Assembly (NCBI GenBank): GCA_963753175.1
Contig: CAVWBG010000002.1
Span: forward strand, 1,047,221-1,111,220
DNA: 64,000 nt
Direction of reading: 5' to 3'
From: an uncultured Alphaproteobacteria bacterium
Lineage (GTDB): Bacteria > Pseudomonadota > Alphaproteobacteria > Rhizobiales > Methyloligellaceae
Position 1 is the first letter of the stretch. The number at the start of each line of letters is the position of its first letter. The position numbers and the translations under genes were made by a program. The notes beneath the pieces are model-generated. The model worked only from the letters and a program-made list of their open reading frames with translations. It was not told the origin of the DNA and did no database searches. This document shows, piece by piece, positions 56,330 through 64,000 of this stretch.

Positions 56330-58680
56330 CTGCTTTGTCTTGACGCAATCTGTCGTCTGCAACTTTTCGGGATAGCCTCGCCGCCTGGCGCGGCGAGCAG
56401 CACACTCGCCGGCAACAGCAAGAGATCGCCGATCAACGCCGCCATCAGCGTGAGCCCCGACAGTTTGCCGAACAGTCGCAAGGACGGCAGGTCGGAGAGA
56501 ACTGTCACGCCAAGGCCGAAGGCGAGGATCAGCGAGGTCAGCACCAGAGCCGGTCCGATCAGGACGGTGGCGCGCTCGACGCCGATGGCCGGATCTTCTC
56601 CCGGCCGCGCCTCGAGCCGCAAACGGTTGAGATAGTGCACGGTGGCGTTCAGCGAGAGGCCGAAGGAGACGATCAAGGCCACGATGCTGGCAAATTGCAG
56701 ACCTTCGCCCGAGGCGGCGAGAATGGCGCCGGCGGTAAATATGGGAAACAGGTTCGGCAACACACTGACGACAGTGACCATGACCGAGCGGAAGGCGAGA
56801 CCTAAGAAAATGCAGATGAAGACGATCTCCGTGGTCAGGCCGGCGTTCAATTTGCTGATCATGGTGGCGCTGTTGCGCGCGGCGATCGCGGACAATCCCG
56901 TGACGACGACGCGGTAACCGGGATTGGCCTCGCGTACGGCGTTGAGCTTGTCGTCGAGCTTCTCGATGACGGGCAGGAGATCGCTCACATCGACATCGGG
57001 GATACGGCCGGTGACGACGGCGGAGTTGTCCTTCTCGTCGATGAAGCGCTTGGTCAGATAGTCGGGCAGGATGCCCATATATTCCTTCAGCTTGTCGGGC
57101 TTGTCCTCGCCGGTCTTGGCGAGCCAGCGGCGCAAGGTCTCGATCGACCAGACATTGCCGACGCCGGATTGGGTCTCGACGATGGCGTGGATGTCGCCGA
57201 TCACCTTCAGCACGTCCGGATCGTAGAGCGTCTTGCCTTGAGGCCAGTCGACCATGATGTGCAGCGGATTGGCGCCGGTCAGCTTCTCGTCGAGCTGCGC
57301 GCTCGCGGCGACAGCCTGCTCGCGATCGGGCACCTGGTCGGCCAGGCGATAGCGCGGCGGCAGAGTGGTGTAGATGGCGCCGAACGCGATGACGATGAGA
57401 AGACCGAGGGAGACCACGGTCTTCGGATGCCGGACGCCAATCTCGGCGATCCAGGCGCAGAAGCGCTTCAGCGCATTCATGGCCCAGTCGTGGCTCTTGA
57501 GATTGGCGACCAACGGCCTGGTATTCCGCCCGATCAGGGTGCGGGTGAGCAACGGCACCAAAGTGATGCCGACGATGAAGGCGATCAATGTGGACATCGC
57601 CCCGGCAAACCCGAAGGTGCGGATCAGGGCAGAGTCGGTAAAGAACAGCGCGATGAAGGAGGCGGCCGCTGTTGCCGTCGCGAGCACGCAAGCCGGCCCG
57701 ACCACGAGCACGGCATAGCGCGCCGCCTTGATGCGGCGATCGCCCTCCAGCAGGCGATTGCGCATGGCGACGGTGAGCTGCATGGAGTTGGAGAAGCCGA
57801 GCACCATGATCAGCGGGATCATGACGTTTAAAAACAGATTGAGCTTGAAGCCGAGCCAGCCGAACAGGCCGAGCGACCAGATGATGGCGACCACGGGCGG
57901 CAGGGCCGCGATGACCATCAACGATACGCGCCGGAAGAAGGCGTAAGCGATGATGGCGCCGAACAGGAAGCCGAGCGCGTTATAGAGATTGCGGTCGCGC
58001 TCGACGGCATTGCGGATTTCGAGCTGCATCACCGGCGCGCCGGAGAGCTTCATGCCGAGCCCGGTATCTTTCAGCTCGGTCTCGGCGGTGTCGCGGATCT
58101 GCTGCACGACGGAGGCGAGCCCCTTGTCGGCAACGACCTTGCGATCGAGCGCGAGCAAGACGAGGGTCAGCGTGCCGTCGTCGGAGAGCAGCTTGCCGGA
58201 GATGATCTCGTTCTTGCGGACCTGCTCGATGAGCTTGTCGTATTCCTCACCCTTCGGCAGCTTGGCCGGGAAGACGGGACCAGGAACCTTGCCCGGCTCC
58301 GGCGCCTCGCGCGCGGAGAACAGCGAGACGAGGCCGGTCATGCCGTCGATGAATTGCAACTCGGTGAGCAGGCTGCGGAGCTGGGTAATCGATTTCCGCT
58401 CCAGCAATTTGTCGCCGGTGATGACGATGAGCACGTCGTATTCGCTCGAGGGGAAGCGCTCGGACATCACCTCGTAGTCGTGGAATTCCGGGGTGTCGGT
58501 GCGGAACAGCTCGGAGAGCGAATCGTCGACGCGAAGCTTGGAAATGCCGAAAAAGGCCGCGATGGTGACGGCGATGATGACCGCCGCGGTCACAGCCGGA
58601 TAGCGGAGCGCGGTCAAACCGAGCCGCTCCAGCCCGAAGCTCAAGGACCGCACGCGTTTTTGCTCGGCTTTTTGCTGCAT
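56330..58680 (-). CDS. MMPL/RND-family exporter (true stop near 56330-56390; ORF read-through to 55861 is probably an artefact)
   Basis: Two repeats of TM + periplasmic loop + 5 TM; SGAPVM, VTGLSAI and GDLLLLPA. Confidence 0.85.
56334..56377. repeat. Degenerate family A palindromic repeat, copy 5
   Basis: tttgtcttgacgcaatctgtcgtctgcaacttttcgggatagc shares the left flank and the ctgcaacttttcgggat arm. Confidence 0.65.
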
Positions 58681-58772
58681 TTCCCCCTGATCCGCCTTTG
58701 TTATTGGACGGGTTATAGCAAGGATGAGCCGCCGGCCCTAGCCGCCGAAGCAATCAGATGGGGGAAATAAGG

Positions 58773-59179
58773 CTAGAGATTGAGCGCGGACTGGACCTGG
58801 CGGAGCTGATCGAGCCGCGTCTGGGCCTTGATCGCGGATATTGGGCTCGGTGGCGTCGGTGACGTCCTCTTCGGCGTCCTTGATGGCTTGAGCCAGCATC
58901 GAGGCGTCGAGCTCGGCAAGGTCGATGGCGGTCTCGGCAAGCACGGTGAGGCCGGCGGGGCCGACTTCGGCAAATCCGCCGCGAATGAAGTAGCGGGTCT
59001 GCTTGCCGCCATCGGAGACGATTTCCAGCACGCCGGGCCGCAAGCCGGTCAGCACCGGCGCATGATGAGGCGAGCATGGTGAAGTCGCCCTCGGAGCCCG
59101 GGACGACGACCTGCTCGACATCGGCCGAGACCAGCAGCCGCTCCGGCGAGACCAGATCGAATTTGAAAGTATCAGCCAT
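58773..59179 (-). CDS. atpC: ATP synthase epsilon subunit (frameshifted)
   Basis: [30 protein letters not shown] and GGFAEV. Confidence 0.93.
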
Positions 59180-59199
59180 CGACTTTCGAATTTGTGCGA

Positions 59200-59292
59200 C
59201 CCCCACCCCGACCCTCCCCCTTGCAGGGGAGGGAGAAGGCGCGCCTCGCGATGTTCCTCCCCCCTGCAAGGGGGGAGGTCAGGAGGGGGGTC
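59200..59292. repeat. REP-like double palindrome (CCCTCCCC...GGGGAGGG family)
   Basis: ccccaccccgaccctccccttgcaggggaggg and the inverted cctcccccctgcaagggggaggtcaggaggggggtc between atpD and atpC. Confidence 0.8.
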
Positions 59293-59317
59293 GGTTTCGA
59301 AATGCAGTCATGTCGCG

Positions 59318-61726
<2,409 letters not shown>

Positions 61727-61738
61727 GGATCGATCCGA

Positions 61739-63828
<2,090 letters not shown>

Positions 63829-64000
63829 GAAACGCCCCTAACTCCCTGACGGGCGCCTCTTTTTCGGAAGCCGCCGCGTCGTCAAGACCCAAGAATTCTG
63901 GGATTGGAACTCCCACCCGCCAACGGCCGAATTCAAGCCACTGGCAGCCCCTGGAAGGCCCGCGCGAGGCTCTAACATATGGGGAATGGGGGTGCAATAT

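Noticed and set aside
55861-56330. MMPL C-terminal extension overlapping all of rppH antisense
   Set aside because: Read-through crosses a degenerate hairpin repeat where indels are likely, and the extension is simply the rppH reverse frame.

Overview
High-GC alphaproteobacterial chromosomal segment, judged Hyphomicrobiales and Methyloceanibacter-like from gene order and repeat families; this is inference, no search was run. Both ends carry housekeeping blocks: argG, rlmN, trmH-like, thpR and aat-like on the left; tRNA-Ser, rplU-rpmA-obgE-proB-proA-nadD-rsfS-rlmH-envC-ctpA-rppH and atpHAGDC on the right. The accessory middle (about 12-44 kb) holds two divergent type I-secreted RTX proteins around a perfect CtrA box, a patatin/SphA/DUF1254/FGE/HAD/arylsulfatase module, two tandem YcbB-like L,D-transpeptidases, a sulfotransferase-glycosyltransferase pair, and a full kdpFABCDE operon with an extra upstream micro-peptide and a downstream PTS EIIA(Ntr) paralog. 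Single-base indels break many genes, including conserved housekeeping ones (rplU, atpC, atpG, proA, proB). These are most simply read as long-read or assembly errors, so boundaries of split genes are approximate. I found no CRISPR array, integrase, transposase or rRNA. The best leads are an Aat-like transferase lacking the catalytic Gln next to a Wzx-type flippase, an L,D-transpeptidase with a cytoplasmic winged-helix-like and repeat N-terminus, the extended kdp operon, and a G-U-rich RNA hairpin in the rsfS leader. No single clearly novel system is proven from the sequence alone.
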